A stretch of 64,000 bases of DNA, taken from the NCBI GenBank assembly GCA_964366515.1, contig CAYIUF010000001.1, positions 51,388-115,387 on the forward strand, given 5' to 3'. Shown piece after piece: positions 17,220 through 27,158 of this stretch. This DNA is from an uncultured Gammaproteobacteria bacterium. Its GTDB lineage: Bacteria > Patescibacteriota > Microgenomatia > UBA8517 > UBA10165. The notes under the pieces are model-generated. The model saw only the letters and a program-made list of their open reading frames with translations. It did no database searches and was not told where the DNA came from. Position 1 is the first letter of the stretch. The number at the start of each line of letters is the position of its first letter. The position numbers and the translations under genes were made by a program.

Positions 17220-18800
17220 ATGTATTGGGCCGATAAAATCGCAAAAGAAATAATCGCCAAAAACATAATAGATTCTGGAAAATTCAAGCCATATCTTGTG
17301 GACGATATGTTCACTCCGTCAGGCTTTCCTCATGTTGGCTCACTCCGCGGCCCTTTAGTCCATGATGCAATATACCGTGCCCTTAAAGATGCAGGAGTAG
17401 ATGTCCGTTTCACATATGTCTTCAACGACTTTGATCCAATTGACGGATTGCCAGAATTCCTCCAAGAAAAATTTTCAGAATATCTTGGGTTTCCGTTAAG
17501 AGAAGCACCTTCCCCAGAAGAAGGGTTTAATAGTTTCGCAGAATACTTTACAGAAGACTTAAAAAAAGTTCTTGGAAACCTTGGTGTCAAAGCAGAATTT
17601 TTATCCTCCTATGATATGTACAAAGAAGGAAAGTTTGATGAACAAATAAGAACAGCCCTTGATAATTCCCGAGTGATTCAAGATATTTATCTGGAAGTTT
17701 CAGGGAGCAAAAAGAAAGAAACAGGATGGCTTCCACTTCAGGTAGTTTGCGAAAACTGCGGCAAACTCGGAACAACAAAAGTCATAGAGTGGGACGGAAA
17801 AAAAGTGAAGTACACATGCGAACCCGAATTAGTTAAGTGGGCAAAAGGATGTGGACACAGTGGCGAGATTTCTCCGTTCGGTGGAAACGCAAAACTTCCA
17901 TGGAAAGTCGACTGGCCAGCACATTGGCAAGTTTTGGAAGTAACAATAGAAGGTGCCGGAAAAGACCATTCAGTCCCGGGAAGTTCTCGCGACGTTGCGC
18001 GTGCTTTGTGCGAAAAAGTTTTTCATTATCCTGAACCCTACAATCTTCCCTACGAATTTTTCTTACTGCGCGGTGGGAAAATGTCCTCATCAAAAGGCTT
18101 GGGCCTGAAGGCGCGTGAACTAACTAGTTTGCTTCCACCTTCCGTAGGTCGATTCCTATTCACAAGAACTGACTACCGCCAAACTGTAGAATTTGAACCA
18201 TTTGGTACTCTTGCTATCCCAGATCTTTTTGATGAATACGATGAATGTTGGCAGAAATACATAAATGGCGGAAACGAAAACTTAATTCGTGCTTTCGAGA
18301 TAGCGCAAGCCGGTGAACTACCAGAGAAAAAAGAAACCTTTCTTCCAAGATTTCGAGATGTTGTGAACTATCTCCAAATGCCGAATGTAAATCTGTCTGA
18401 AAAACTTGAGGAGGTAAAAGGTGCCCCTCTCACACAAGAAGAACAAGATATCCTAAAGGAACGAGAAGAGTATGCAAGAGTTTGGATGGGCAGCTATGCT
18501 CCCGAAGAATTTAGACTCCAAATGTCTGACAAGTTACCCCCTGAGGCAAGTGATTTAACGCAGGAACAAAAAGAGTTCTTGGAAAAATCTGTAAATTTGG
18601 TGGAAAGCATCGAATCTGCGGAAGAGCTCCAGGGAGCACTCTATAATCTTTCAAAAGAGTTAAGCATAAACACAAAAGACGCCTTTGCCGCAATCTACCT
18701 AAGTTTTATTGGAAAAACCCATGGCCCAAGGGCCGCTTGGTTTTTATTGCAATATCCTAAAGAGCAAGTGATTGAGAGATTAAAGGAGGCTTCAAAATGA
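17220..18800 (+). CDS. lysK: class I lysyl-tRNA synthetase
   Basis: MYWADKIA N-terminus, PSGFPHVGSLRG (HIGH-region equivalent), and KMSSSKG (KMSKS). Confidence 0.9.
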   Translation: MYWADKIAKEIIAKNIIDSGKFKPYLVDDMFTPSGFPHVGSLRGPLVHDAIYRALKDAGVDVRFTYVFNDFDPIDGLPEFLQEKFSEYLGFPLREAPSPEEGFNSFAEYFTEDLKKVLGNLGVKAEFLSSYDMYKEGKFDEQIRTALDNSRVIQDIYLEVSGSKKKETGWLPLQVVCENCGKLGTTKVIEWDGKKVKYTCEPELVKWAKGCGHSGEISPFGGNAKLPWKVDWPAHWQVLEVTIEGAGKDHSVPGSSRDVARALCEKVFHYPEPYNLPYEFFLLRGGKMSSSKGLGLKARELTSLLPPSVGRFLFTRTDYRQTVEFEPFGTLAIPDLFDEYDECWQKYINGGNENLIRAFEIAQAGELPEKKETFLPRFRDVVNYLQMPNVNLSEKLEEVKGAPLTQEEQDILKEREEYARVWMGSYAPEEFRLQMSDKLPPEASDLTQEQKEFLEKSVNLVESIESAEELQGALYNLSKELSINTKDAFAAIYLSFIGKTHGPRAAWFLLQYPKEQVIERLKEASK

Positions 18801-19360
18801 CAAAACAACAAGCTCTTGAACTACTCCATGAAAAACTGCAGTCCCCAAACTTAAGAAAACATTGCTACGCCGTCGGAGCCGTTATGAAAGCTTTAGCAAT
18901 GAGGCTTGATGGCGACCCGGAAAAATGGGAAGTGGTTGGGCTACTACATGACGGGGATTATGAAATGACAAAGTCAGATCCCAACAAACATACCTTGCTA
19001 ATGCATGAGTGGCTTAAAGAAAAAGGAGAAACAGACGAAGAACTTCTTGCCGCAATTCTCTCACACAACTATGTCCACACCGGCCAAAATCCACCGGCAA
19101 ATAAAATGGAATGGGCACTTTATTGTTGCGATGAGCTAACTGGCTTTATAATAGCAGTAACACTTGTTCGCCCGGAGAAACGGCTTTCATCTGTAACTTT
19201 GGAAAACGTTTTGAAAAAATGGGGAGAGAAAGATTTTGCAGCGGCTGTAAAACGAGAGCAAATTGAGGAATGTGATGCACGGCTCGGAATTCCTAAAAAC
19301 GAATTTATAGAGATAGCGCTCGGAGCCATGCAATCAATAAGTGAGGAGTTAGGATTGTAA
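18797..19360 (+). CDS. HD-domain phosphohydrolase
   Basis: H...HD...D metal-binding pattern (RKHCYAVG, LLHDGDY, CCDELTG). ATGA overlap with lysK. Confidence 0.65.
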   Translation: MTKQQALELLHEKLQSPNLRKHCYAVGAVMKALAMRLDGDPEKWEVVGLLHDGDYEMTKSDPNKHTLLMHEWLKEKGETDEELLAAILSHNYVHTGQNPPANKMEWALYCCDELTGFIIAVTLVRPEKRLSSVTLENVLKKWGEKDFAAAVKREQIEECDARLGIPKNEFIEIALGAMQSISEELGL

Positions 19361-19363
19361 GTA

Positions 19364-19379
19364 GCGCACTTCAGTGCGC
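19364..19379 (+). terminator. perfect palindromic hairpin GCGCAC-ttca-GTGCGC between HD gene and serS
   Basis: 6-bp GC-rich stem immediately after the HD gene stop. No T-run. Confidence 0.3.
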
Positions 19380-19401
19380 GCAATGAATTACGCTAGTACA
19401 C

Positions 19402-20634
19402 ATGATAAACATAAACTTAATCAGAGAAGACATAGAAAAAGTAAAAACTGGCGTTGCTAAAAAAGGATACGATGCCGGAAACATCGACCGCGTCTTTGAG
19501 TTAGATGAGAAGCGCCTCGCCTTACTAAAACAAGTAGAAGAACTTCGCCATGAACGAAATGTTGTTTCAAAAAAGCAAAACGTAGAACGAGGCCGCGCAA
19601 TCAAGGATGAGCTAAAAGAACTCGAACCCCAACTTGAAAGTGCAGAATCTGAAGTGAACACACTTCTAAACGAAATCCCCAATTTGCCTCAAGAAAGTGT
19701 CCCAGAAGGAGATGGAGAAAAAGACAACAAAGTCTTAAACGAATGGGGAAATATAAAAGAGTTTGGGTTTACACCGTTGGATCATGTGGAGTTAGGAAAA
19801 AGGCTAAATATTCTTGATTTTGAGACAGGAAGCAAGGTTTCCGGATCTGACTTTTATTATCTGAAAAATGACGGGGTCCTATTAGAACTAGCTCTTGCTC
19901 AATACGGAATAAAGTTTTTAACAGACCGCGGATTTACCCCTTTTCTTACCCCAGACCTTGCTCGTGAGCGTTTTTACTTAGGGACAGGATATTCTCCAAA
20001 AGGCGATGAAGCCCAAACATACAAAGTTGAAGGAACGGACCTTGGACTTATCGCAACAGCAGAAGTGACTCTAGCTGGCTACCATGCAGACGAAGTTTTA
20101 GGAGAAAAAGATCTCCCAAAAATGTACGCTGGCTACTCACATTGTTTCCGCATGGAATCTGGAGCATATGGGAAATATTCAAAGGGGCTTTACAGGGTTC
20201 ATCAATTCTCAAAAGTAGAAATGTTTGTTTACGCTTTGCCTAAAGAGTCTGAAAAAATCCATGAAGAGCTATTAAAAATTGAAGAAGAGTTTTGGCAGTC
20301 TCTAGAAATTCCTTATCGCGTTGTTGAAATGTGTACTGGAGATCTTGGGGCACAAGCTAGCCGAAAAATTGACCTTGAAGCCTGGATGCCAGGGCGGGGA
20401 GATTACGGAGAAGTAACTTCTACATCCAACACAACAGACTACCAAGCAAGAAACTTGAATATCAGATTCCGCCGCGGATCCGAGAGTGACTACGTGCACA
20501 CTCTCAACGGCACTCTAATAGCATCATCTCGAGGGATAATATCCATTCTTGAAAACAACCAACAAGAAGATGGATCAGTAATAATCCCTGAAGTCCTCCG
20601 CCCCCACATGGGCAAAGATAAGATCATAAAATGA
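19402..20634 (+). CDS. serS: seryl-tRNA synthetase
   Basis: N-terminal coiled-coil arm and class II motifs (FRMESGAYG, HQFSKVEMF). Confidence 0.95.
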   Translation: MININLIREDIEKVKTGVAKKGYDAGNIDRVFELDEKRLALLKQVEELRHERNVVSKKQNVERGRAIKDELKELEPQLESAESEVNTLLNEIPNLPQESVPEGDGEKDNKVLNEWGNIKEFGFTPLDHVELGKRLNILDFETGSKVSGSDFYYLKNDGVLLELALAQYGIKFLTDRGFTPFLTPDLARERFYLGTGYSPKGDEAQTYKVEGTDLGLIATAEVTLAGYHADEVLGEKDLPKMYAGYSHCFRMESGAYGKYSKGLYRVHQFSKVEMFVYALPKESEKIHEELLKIEEEFWQSLEIPYRVVEMCTGDLGAQASRKIDLEAWMPGRGDYGEVTSTSNTTDYQARNLNIRFRRGSESDYVHTLNGTLIASSRGIISILENNQQEDGSVIIPEVLRPHMGKDKIIK

Positions 20635-21425
20635 CGCGAGAGGAAAAATTTCAACAGCTTCTTGGAATCCACGAGAAATGGGGAAACAAACTTATCTTTA
20701 GCGAGATTATCGAAAGCGACCAGGCAAAAATATATCTAAGCGAAGAAGACCCAAGCTGTTACTACAACTACGCGACCCCCAAAACCGAGCCAGAAGAATT
20801 CAATTGGAATGAGTTTGATAAAGTCTTTTCTGAAAAAGGCAAAAACCCAGCACTCTACTTATCAGAAGAAAACCAGGCCAACGGATTTCTTGAAAGCGCA
20901 GTAAGACATAACTTCAAGATTGCTGCAGCCGACACTTGGTTATTGCTGGACACAGACTACTACAAGACAGCCGCCTCAGAAGTGGACGTTACCAATGTTA
21001 CACAAGAATCATTTGATGACTATAAAAACATTATGAACGAGGTCTTTGCAGACTATCCCGGAAACGAGGGTTACCTGGAAATGTGTAGGAAAGTCCAGAG
21101 TGGCGAAGCAAGAAGTGGAGTTTCCGATTTTGTTGCCGAATTTTATTTAATCAATGACGGGGCAATTCCAGTATCGGGGGCCGGTATGTTTTATTCAAAA
21201 AGAGGAGGTTTTGCTTATCTTCACAATACTGGAACACTTAAAGCCTTTCGCGGCAGGGGGTACCAGACCTCGCTTGTAAGGCACAGGATAGACAAGGCCC
21301 TATCGCTTGGAGTAACTAACATCTATTCGCTGGTTGAACATGGTGAACAGTCGTGGAGAAACTTAATAAAGGTGGGTTTCAAAGAAGCCCAAGTCGTCGA
21401 TCTAATGTCTAAGGCAGCTTCTTAG
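20631..21425 (+). CDS. GNAT-family N-acetyltransferase
   Basis: C-terminal acetyl-CoA binding motif (FRGRGYQTSLV). ATGA overlap with serS. Confidence 0.6.
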   Translation: MTREEKFQQLLGIHEKWGNKLIFSEIIESDQAKIYLSEEDPSCYYNYATPKTEPEEFNWNEFDKVFSEKGKNPALYLSEENQANGFLESAVRHNFKIAAADTWLLLDTDYYKTAASEVDVTNVTQESFDDYKNIMNEVFADYPGNEGYLEMCRKVQSGEARSGVSDFVAEFYLINDGAIPVSGAGMFYSKRGGFAYLHNTGTLKAFRGRGYQTSLVRHRIDKALSLGVTNIYSLVEHGEQSWRNLIKVGFKEAQVVDLMSKAAS

Positions 21426-22605
21426 AAGATATATATCTTTTGTTTTTCAACTTTTCCGGCAAGTAATCCACACCTGCTTTTTTCTCTCCGGCTTCTGAGT
21501 GGTGGTAGTCATATCCCTTCCCATACCCAATCTCTTTCATTAACTTTGTCGGTGCATTTCTTATATGCATTGGAACAGGTAAATTCCCGTACTTTCCCAC
21601 GTCTTCCCTTGCTTCTGCATACCCTGTATAAAGCGCGTTGGATTTAGGAGCTTTGGCCAAATACACAACTGCTTCTGCCAAGACAACATTACATTCTGGC
21701 ATTCCAATTTTGTCACAGGCTTCAAATGCTGCGTTTGTTACTAATAGTGCTCTCGGATCTGCCATCCCGATATCTTCTGCTGCGGCGCGAATAAGCCTTC
21801 TTGCAATGTACAAAGGATCTTGTCCTGCCTCCAACATTCTCGCAAGCCAATAAAGAGCTGCATCTGGATCCGACCCACGAATACTCTTGTGCAGAGCAGA
21901 AATAACGTTGTAGTATTCCTCTCCCCGAAGATCAAAATTGAGTTGTCTTCTTTGAAGCGCACTCTCCAAAGTGGAAAGTGAAATCTTCTTACTCCCAAGT
22001 TGCGCAGCAATCTCGAGAACATTCAGGAGTACCCGCGCATCTCCATTGGAAGATTCCACAAGAAATTGATGTGCATCTTCGTCGAGCTTCACACCAAGGT
22101 GTTTTACTGCCCGTGTTAAAATCTCCTCTAGCTCCCCTGTGGAATGCTGATTCAATACAAGTACACGGGTTCTTGATAAAAGAGGACCAATAACTTCAAA
22201 CGAGGGATTCTCAGTCGTCGCCCCAATAAAAATCAAATCTCCGCGCTCAACATGTGGAAGCAGTTTGTCTTGCTGGGCTTTATTGAATCTGTGGATCTCA
22301 TCAATAAAAACAACCGGAGTTAACAAAGCTTGGTTTTGAGGTATAACTGCTTGGATTTCTTTTGTTGAAGCATTGACAGCTGAAAACTCATGAAATGTTG
22401 ATCCAAGTTCCGTTGCAATAATCCTTGCCAAAGTTGTCTTCCCGGTTCCCGGAGCCCCCCAGAGGATCAAAGAAGGGAACCTGCCGCCATTTCCGGCATT
22501 GGCCAAAAGCTTTCTTAAAATTGAATCTTTGCCGACCAAATGCTCTTGCCCAACGAATTCATCTAAAGTGTTTGGGCGAAGAGTTTCCGCAAGCGGCTGT
22601 GACAT
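21409..22605 (-). CDS. rarA: replication-associated recombination protein A (AAA+ ATPase)
   Basis: Walker A GAPGTGKTT, AAA+ core, and C-terminal MgsA-type helical domain. Confidence 0.9.
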   Translation of the reverse strand: MSQPLAETLRPNTLDEFVGQEHLVGKDSILRKLLANAGNGGRFPSLILWGAPGTGKTTLARIIATELGSTFHEFSAVNASTKEIQAVIPQNQALLTPVVFIDEIHRFNKAQQDKLLPHVERGDLIFIGATTENPSFEVIGPLLSRTRVLVLNQHSTGELEEILTRAVKHLGVKLDEDAHQFLVESSNGDARVLLNVLEIAAQLGSKKISLSTLESALQRRQLNFDLRGEEYYNVISALHKSIRGSDPDAALYWLARMLEAGQDPLYIARRLIRAAAEDIGMADPRALLVTNAAFEACDKIGMPECNVVLAEAVVYLAKAPKSNALYTGYAEAREDVGKYGNLPVPMHIRNAPTKLMKEIGYGKGYDYHHSEAGEKKAGVDYLPEKLKNKRYISSKKLP

Positions 22606-22646
22606 AGTTAGATTCTACTCCCTAACAAAACCCAAAACAATATTCT

Positions 22647-22690
22647 TTTGATACTTGTGGTACCTTTGGTACTTTTGGTACCTTTCCCAT
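22647..22690 (+). repeat. three tandem copies of TTTGGTAC(C) immediately upstream of the 22691 start codon
   Basis: CTTGTGGTACC TTTGGTAC TTTTGGTACC TTTCCC, seen directly. The tool ORF translates it as MWYLWYFWYLSH. Confidence 0.4.
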
Positions 22691-23317
22691 ATGTGGAAAC
22701 TTGCAGAAACCGTAGAAGAAAGAACCAGCCCCTATAACGGCAATATAAAAGTTATCAAAGGGCTGGAAGGAACGAGAATAATCGTTGGGGGTCTTTCCCA
22801 GTCTGGCTGGCTAGTTAAAAAAGTTTGGAAGGACGCCCTAAAAAAGATCAAAAAGCTAAAACCTGACGCAAAAGATATTTTGATTTTAGGTTTAGGCGGC
22901 GGTTCAATTGCCGAACTCTTACAAGAGTACTGGCCGACCTCTCGCAAAGTTGGTGTAGACATAGATACCGAGATGGTAGATCTCGGGCGAAAATACCTGG
23001 GGCTTGACTATGTTGAAAACCTCGAGGTAGTAATTGAGGAGGCAAACTCATGGATTAGAAAAAACAAACAAAAGTTCGACCTAATCTTAGTCGACCTTTA
23101 TCAAGGCGGTAGCATCCCAAAGGAATTCACCGAAGAGAAATTTATGTTGTCAGTTAAAAAAACTCTGAAGCCGGATTCTGTCGCCGCCTTCAACCATCTC
23201 TATTCTTATGTCGAGAAAAAAGATGCGGATGAATTCAGAAGTAAGTTGGGGAAAATTTTTCATGCAATGACGGTTGTTACCCCCGAAGCAAATATTATTT
23301 ACATTTGCCACCACTGA
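22691..23317 (+). CDS. spermidine-synthase-like (PABS/class I methyltransferase fold) protein
   Basis: ILILGLGGGSIAELL nucleotide-binding motif. Pattern VGVDID...FDLILVDLY resembles spermidine synthase. Start taken at the Met after the repeat tract. Confidence 0.5.
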   Translation: MWKLAETVEERTSPYNGNIKVIKGLEGTRIIVGGLSQSGWLVKKVWKDALKKIKKLKPDAKDILILGLGGGSIAELLQEYWPTSRKVGVDIDTEMVDLGRKYLGLDYVENLEVVIEEANSWIRKNKQKFDLILVDLYQGGSIPKEFTEEKFMLSVKKTLKPDSVAAFNHLYSYVEKKDADEFRSKLGKIFHAMTVVTPEANIIYICHH

Positions 23318-23439
23318 TACGATCTGGATCAGAAGTGAACAAAAGTTGTCAAACCAGTCTCAAGAGTGCTAACGAAAATTCGGAATCTGACCGGCACGAT
23401 ATATCGAGCCAATCTTAGCCTCTTTGCCTCAGCCAAACA

Positions 23440-23448
23440 TGGTATACT
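23440..23448 (+). promoter_or_regulatory. extended -10 TGGTATACT upstream of secA
   Basis: 23 nt before the secA ATG. GGTGAG RBS lies in between. Confidence 0.45.
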
Positions 23449-23471
23449 AATGGGCTTGTAATGGTGAGAAT

Positions 23472-26237
23472 ATGCTCAAAAATTTATTCAGCTTTTTAGA
23501 TTCCAACAAAAAAGAGACGGACAGACTAGGGAAAATTACTGAAAAAGTAAACAGTCTTGCCCCCGTCGCTCAAAAATTGAAGCTGCAAGAATTCTCAAAA
23601 AAAACTGAAGACTTCAAAAAGAAAATATCAAAAGGAGAATCTTTAGAATCAATCTTGCCCGAAGTTTTTGCAACGGGTAGGGAGGCAATTTGGAAAACTC
23701 TTGCAAAGCGTCCCTATGACGTTCAGATAATGGCAGGGATTGCGCTTTCCGAAGGAAAGATTGCAGAACAAAAAACTGGAGAGGGAAAAACTCTTTCAGC
23801 AATCTTGCCTTTGTATCTTCATTCATTAACCGGCAAGGGAGTCCATGCAGTTACAGTCAACGATTATCTCGCAAGACGCGATGCCGGATGGAATGGACCC
23901 GCATTCCATGCCCTTGGTTTAACAGTTGGAATAATTGTTCAAGAAGGAAAGTCATTTGTCTTTGATCCGGCGTTTCGCGATGACACACATGGCGACGAAC
24001 GCCTCGCCCATCTTCGCCCCGAGACCCGTAAAGTCGCTTATAAATCAGACGTTGTCTACGGGACAAACAACGAATTTGGTTTCGACTATCTAAGAGACAA
24101 CATGGTCTCTGATGTTTCAGAAATGGCCCAACGCGGCCACTATTTTGCAATCGTCGACGAGGTGGACTCAGTATTAATCGATGAAGCAAGAACACCCCTT
24201 ATTATCTCGGCTCCTGACATGGAACCAACGGACAAGTATTATAAATTCGCTCAATACATAGACCGCCTTGACCCAGAAAAAGATTATGTTATCGACGAAA
24301 AACTAAAAGCAGCAACCCTAACTGAGGCTGGAATCGGGACTGTTGAGAAAATATTGGGAGTTGAAAACCTTTACGAAAAAGATTTTGAGGTGATCCATCA
24401 CGTCGAAAACGCACTCCGCGCAAGAACGCTATTTTTGAAGGATAGGGACTATGTTGTAAAAGATGACGCCACAGGCGAGCCCGCAGTAACAATAGTTGAT
24501 GAATTCACAGGACGCCTAATGTTCGGAAGACGTTGGAGTGATGGGCTTCATCAAGCAATAGAAGCAAAAGAAGACGTCAAAATCCAACAAGAATCAAAAA
24601 CGCTAGCTACTATTTCTTTCCAGAATTATTTCAGAATGTATGAAAAACTTTCGGGAATGACAGGAACTGCAGCAACAGAAGCAGAAGAATTCCACAAAAT
24701 ATATGGACTAGACGTTGTCTCAATCCCAACATACAAACAAACAATTAGAGAAGACCAGCCGGACATTATTTACAAAACCGTAAAGGCAAAATATGAAGCA
24801 ATCGCCCAAGAAATCGACGACGTTAGAAAAACGGGAAGACCAGTTTTGGTTGGTACAACATCAATCGAAAAAAACGAATTGGTCTCACAACTTTTAACAA
24901 AAAAGAAAATTCCACACAACCTGCTTAATGCAAAAAACCATGAAAAAGAAGCGTCAATTATCGCAGAAGCTGGCAAACCAGGAGGGGTAACCGTTGCAAC
25001 AAACATGGCCGGCCGCGGAGTCGATATTATTTTAGGAGGTGCACTCCCGGAATTAGTAGGCGGGTCAGATCCGGAAAAATATAAAACTACAAAAGAGTAT
25101 AAGGAATGGGAAAAGCACCACAACCAAGTTTTAGAGTCCGGAGGACTTCATGTTATTGGAACGGAGCGCCATGAATCTCGAAGAATCGACAACCAGCTAA
25201 GAGGGAGAGCCGGCCGTCTTGGAGACCCTGGGGTTACCCGATTTTTTCTATCTTTAGAAGACGATTTAATGAGAATTTTCGGAGGAGAAAAAATAGCAAA
25301 TCTAATGACCTCCCTACAAATCCCGGAAGACCAGCCCATTGAAAATGGGTTGATATCCAGGGCAATTGAACAAGCTCAGGGAAAGGTTGAAGCGTTCCAT
25401 TTTGACAACAGAAAAAGAGTTGTTGAATACGACGACGTTGCAAATCAGCAACGAACAATTATTTACAAATTGAGAAAGCAAGTTTTAGAAAGCAAAAACC
25501 TAAAAAGTGAAATCCTTGAACGATTGGAAGGTCAGGTAGATGGTATGGTTTCTATTATTTTCGACTCAGGAAATGACCCGGATTTCGAACAGCTTTTGGT
25601 AATGTTTTTAGATATTGTTCCTTTCGAAGATTCGTCCCACAAAGATTTACTCGAGCAATTGAAAAAGGCGGGGGCAAGAGAAAGTGTTCGCGAGTTCTTA
25701 ATACATCTAGTAAAGACCTCATACGATACTCGCGAAAAGCAATTAGGCCAGGTAATGCGCCAAGCAGAAAAATATGCATACCTTTCATCAATTGATCAGC
25801 TTTGGATTGAACATCTAACAAATCTTGATGACCTAAGAGAAGGTGTGGGGCTTAGAGCCTACGGACAAAAAGAACCGATTACGGAATTCAAAAATGAAGC
25901 ATTTCAACTCTTTGATAAGTTGATGGTCGACGTTAATGCAAACCTTGCAAGAAGACTGTTCAGAACCGTTCCAGTTGGCGCGCCAACGATCAATGTGGAT
26001 CAAGCAACAACAAACGAAGATACAACAGACCAAGAGGGATTAATAGACAAAAGCGTTGCAAGCAACCTAACAGAAACCGCAGTAACCCGCGCCGCAAAGG
26101 CCATATCTGGCGGTGGGCAATCCAAACCTAAAGCCCAAATCGGCCGCAATGACCCTTGCTGGTGCGGGAAAGTTGACGCAAATGGCAAGCCTGTTAAATG
26201 GAAGAAATGCCACTATCCTCAACTACCCCGCAACTAA
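23472..26237 (+). CDS. secA: preprotein translocase ATPase SecA
   Basis: DEAD-like motor motifs and a C-terminal zinc-binding CWCGK...CH tail. 921 aa. Confidence 0.97.
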   Translation: MLKNLFSFLDSNKKETDRLGKITEKVNSLAPVAQKLKLQEFSKKTEDFKKKISKGESLESILPEVFATGREAIWKTLAKRPYDVQIMAGIALSEGKIAEQKTGEGKTLSAILPLYLHSLTGKGVHAVTVNDYLARRDAGWNGPAFHALGLTVGIIVQEGKSFVFDPAFRDDTHGDERLAHLRPETRKVAYKSDVVYGTNNEFGFDYLRDNMVSDVSEMAQRGHYFAIVDEVDSVLIDEARTPLIISAPDMEPTDKYYKFAQYIDRLDPEKDYVIDEKLKAATLTEAGIGTVEKILGVENLYEKDFEVIHHVENALRARTLFLKDRDYVVKDDATGEPAVTIVDEFTGRLMFGRRWSDGLHQAIEAKEDVKIQQESKTLATISFQNYFRMYEKLSGMTGTAATEAEEFHKIYGLDVVSIPTYKQTIREDQPDIIYKTVKAKYEAIAQEIDDVRKTGRPVLVGTTSIEKNELVSQLLTKKKIPHNLLNAKNHEKEASIIAEAGKPGGVTVATNMAGRGVDIILGGALPELVGGSDPEKYKTTKEYKEWEKHHNQVLESGGLHVIGTERHESRRIDNQLRGRAGRLGDPGVTRFFLSLEDDLMRIFGGEKIANLMTSLQIPEDQPIENGLISRAIEQAQGKVEAFHFDNRKRVVEYDDVANQQRTIIYKLRKQVLESKNLKSEILERLEGQVDGMVSIIFDSGNDPDFEQLLVMFLDIVPFEDSSHKDLLEQLKKAGARESVREFLIHLVKTSYDTREKQLGQVMRQAEKYAYLSSIDQLWIEHLTNLDDLREGVGLRAYGQKEPITEFKNEAFQLFDKLMVDVNANLARRLFRTVPVGAPTINVDQATTNEDTTDQEGLIDKSVASNLTETAVTRAAKAISGGGQSKPKAQIGRNDPCWCGKVDANGKPVKWKKCHYPQLPRN

Positions 26238-26247
26238 ATATCAATGC

Positions 26248-26306
26248 CCCGTGAGGATTTATCCTGAGTTTATCGAAGGAATCAAATCCAACATCGGGGC
26301 TTTTCA
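26248..26306 (+). terminator. structured hairpin region after secA (GCCCCG...CGGGGC + TTTTCATT with a nested AGGAT-tt-ATCCT hairpin)
   Basis: Long-range GC stem closing a 45-nt loop with internal palindromes, followed by a T-run. Confidence 0.4.
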
Positions 26307-26384
26307 TTGGTGAACACTACACCCCTACATAGGAGTGTAGTACTAAAGATTGCAACTGCTTTTGTTTTTCGTTAACGTGTTCTC

Positions 26385-27116
26385 ATGGGAATTATCAAGC
26401 CTCCATGGATATCCGATGAATGGTTTAAGCAATGTCCATTCAACTATTGCGACCATTTCGGAGACAAAGAAAAGCTCTCACTTGTTTGCAGAATTTGCAG
26501 GGAGGAAGAAGCGCACATTCAAAGGTGCAAAGAACAAGGAATCGACCCTTATGACCCCCGTGTAGTACTAAAGGTCGTAGATCAAAACTTCAAGAAAGCA
26601 ATGAGGTTAATTGAAAATGATGCTAAGCGTCTAGGTATTGACCTAACGGACATGCCGGAAGAACCCGAAAGAAAAGAAAAAGACATAATGTCACTTAAGA
26701 TCTACAAATTGGCTGAAAAATATGGCAACCACGTTCATCAAATCATTAATTACATTGGGAAACACGCATTTTCTCTGAACGACGATATTATGGTGAAAAC
26801 TATTGATGCACTATCTCACTCTCGTTTTTATGTAAACGCAAAAATATACCGTGCCCTCTGTAGTGCTCAAGAAGAATTAGACGATCCAGATGATGACCTG
26901 TTTGACTCAAAGACATCAGCTTTTTTGGCCTATATCGCCGTCGAACGAAACGTCCGTGCAATTTTATTCTTAACAAGAAGCATGAAAGCAAGTCCATTAA
27001 AACGCAGATTGCTTGAATTTGCAGATATTAGTGTGGAGTTCGCAGAACTTATAAGGCACGGATTTTTTGCACTTGACGATTTGGTATACGAAGAATTCGG
27101 GGCAGAAGAGTATTAA
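26385..27116 (+). CDS. hypothetical protein with N-terminal Cys-rich (zinc-ribbon-like) region
   Basis: CPFNYCDH...CRICREEEAH gives 4 Cys/His ligands within 30 residues. The remainder is helical and charged. No family recognised. Confidence 0.45.
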   Translation: MGIIKPPWISDEWFKQCPFNYCDHFGDKEKLSLVCRICREEEAHIQRCKEQGIDPYDPRVVLKVVDQNFKKAMRLIENDAKRLGIDLTDMPEEPERKEKDIMSLKIYKLAEKYGNHVHQIINYIGKHAFSLNDDIMVKTIDALSHSRFYVNAKIYRALCSAQEELDDPDDDLFDSKTSAFLAYIAVERNVRAILFLTRSMKASPLKRRLLEFADISVEFAELIRHGFFALDDLVYEEFGAEEY

Positions 27117-27158
27117 CTAGGGTTTGATATCAACCCCATCTTGCCTTAACCTGAAAGA

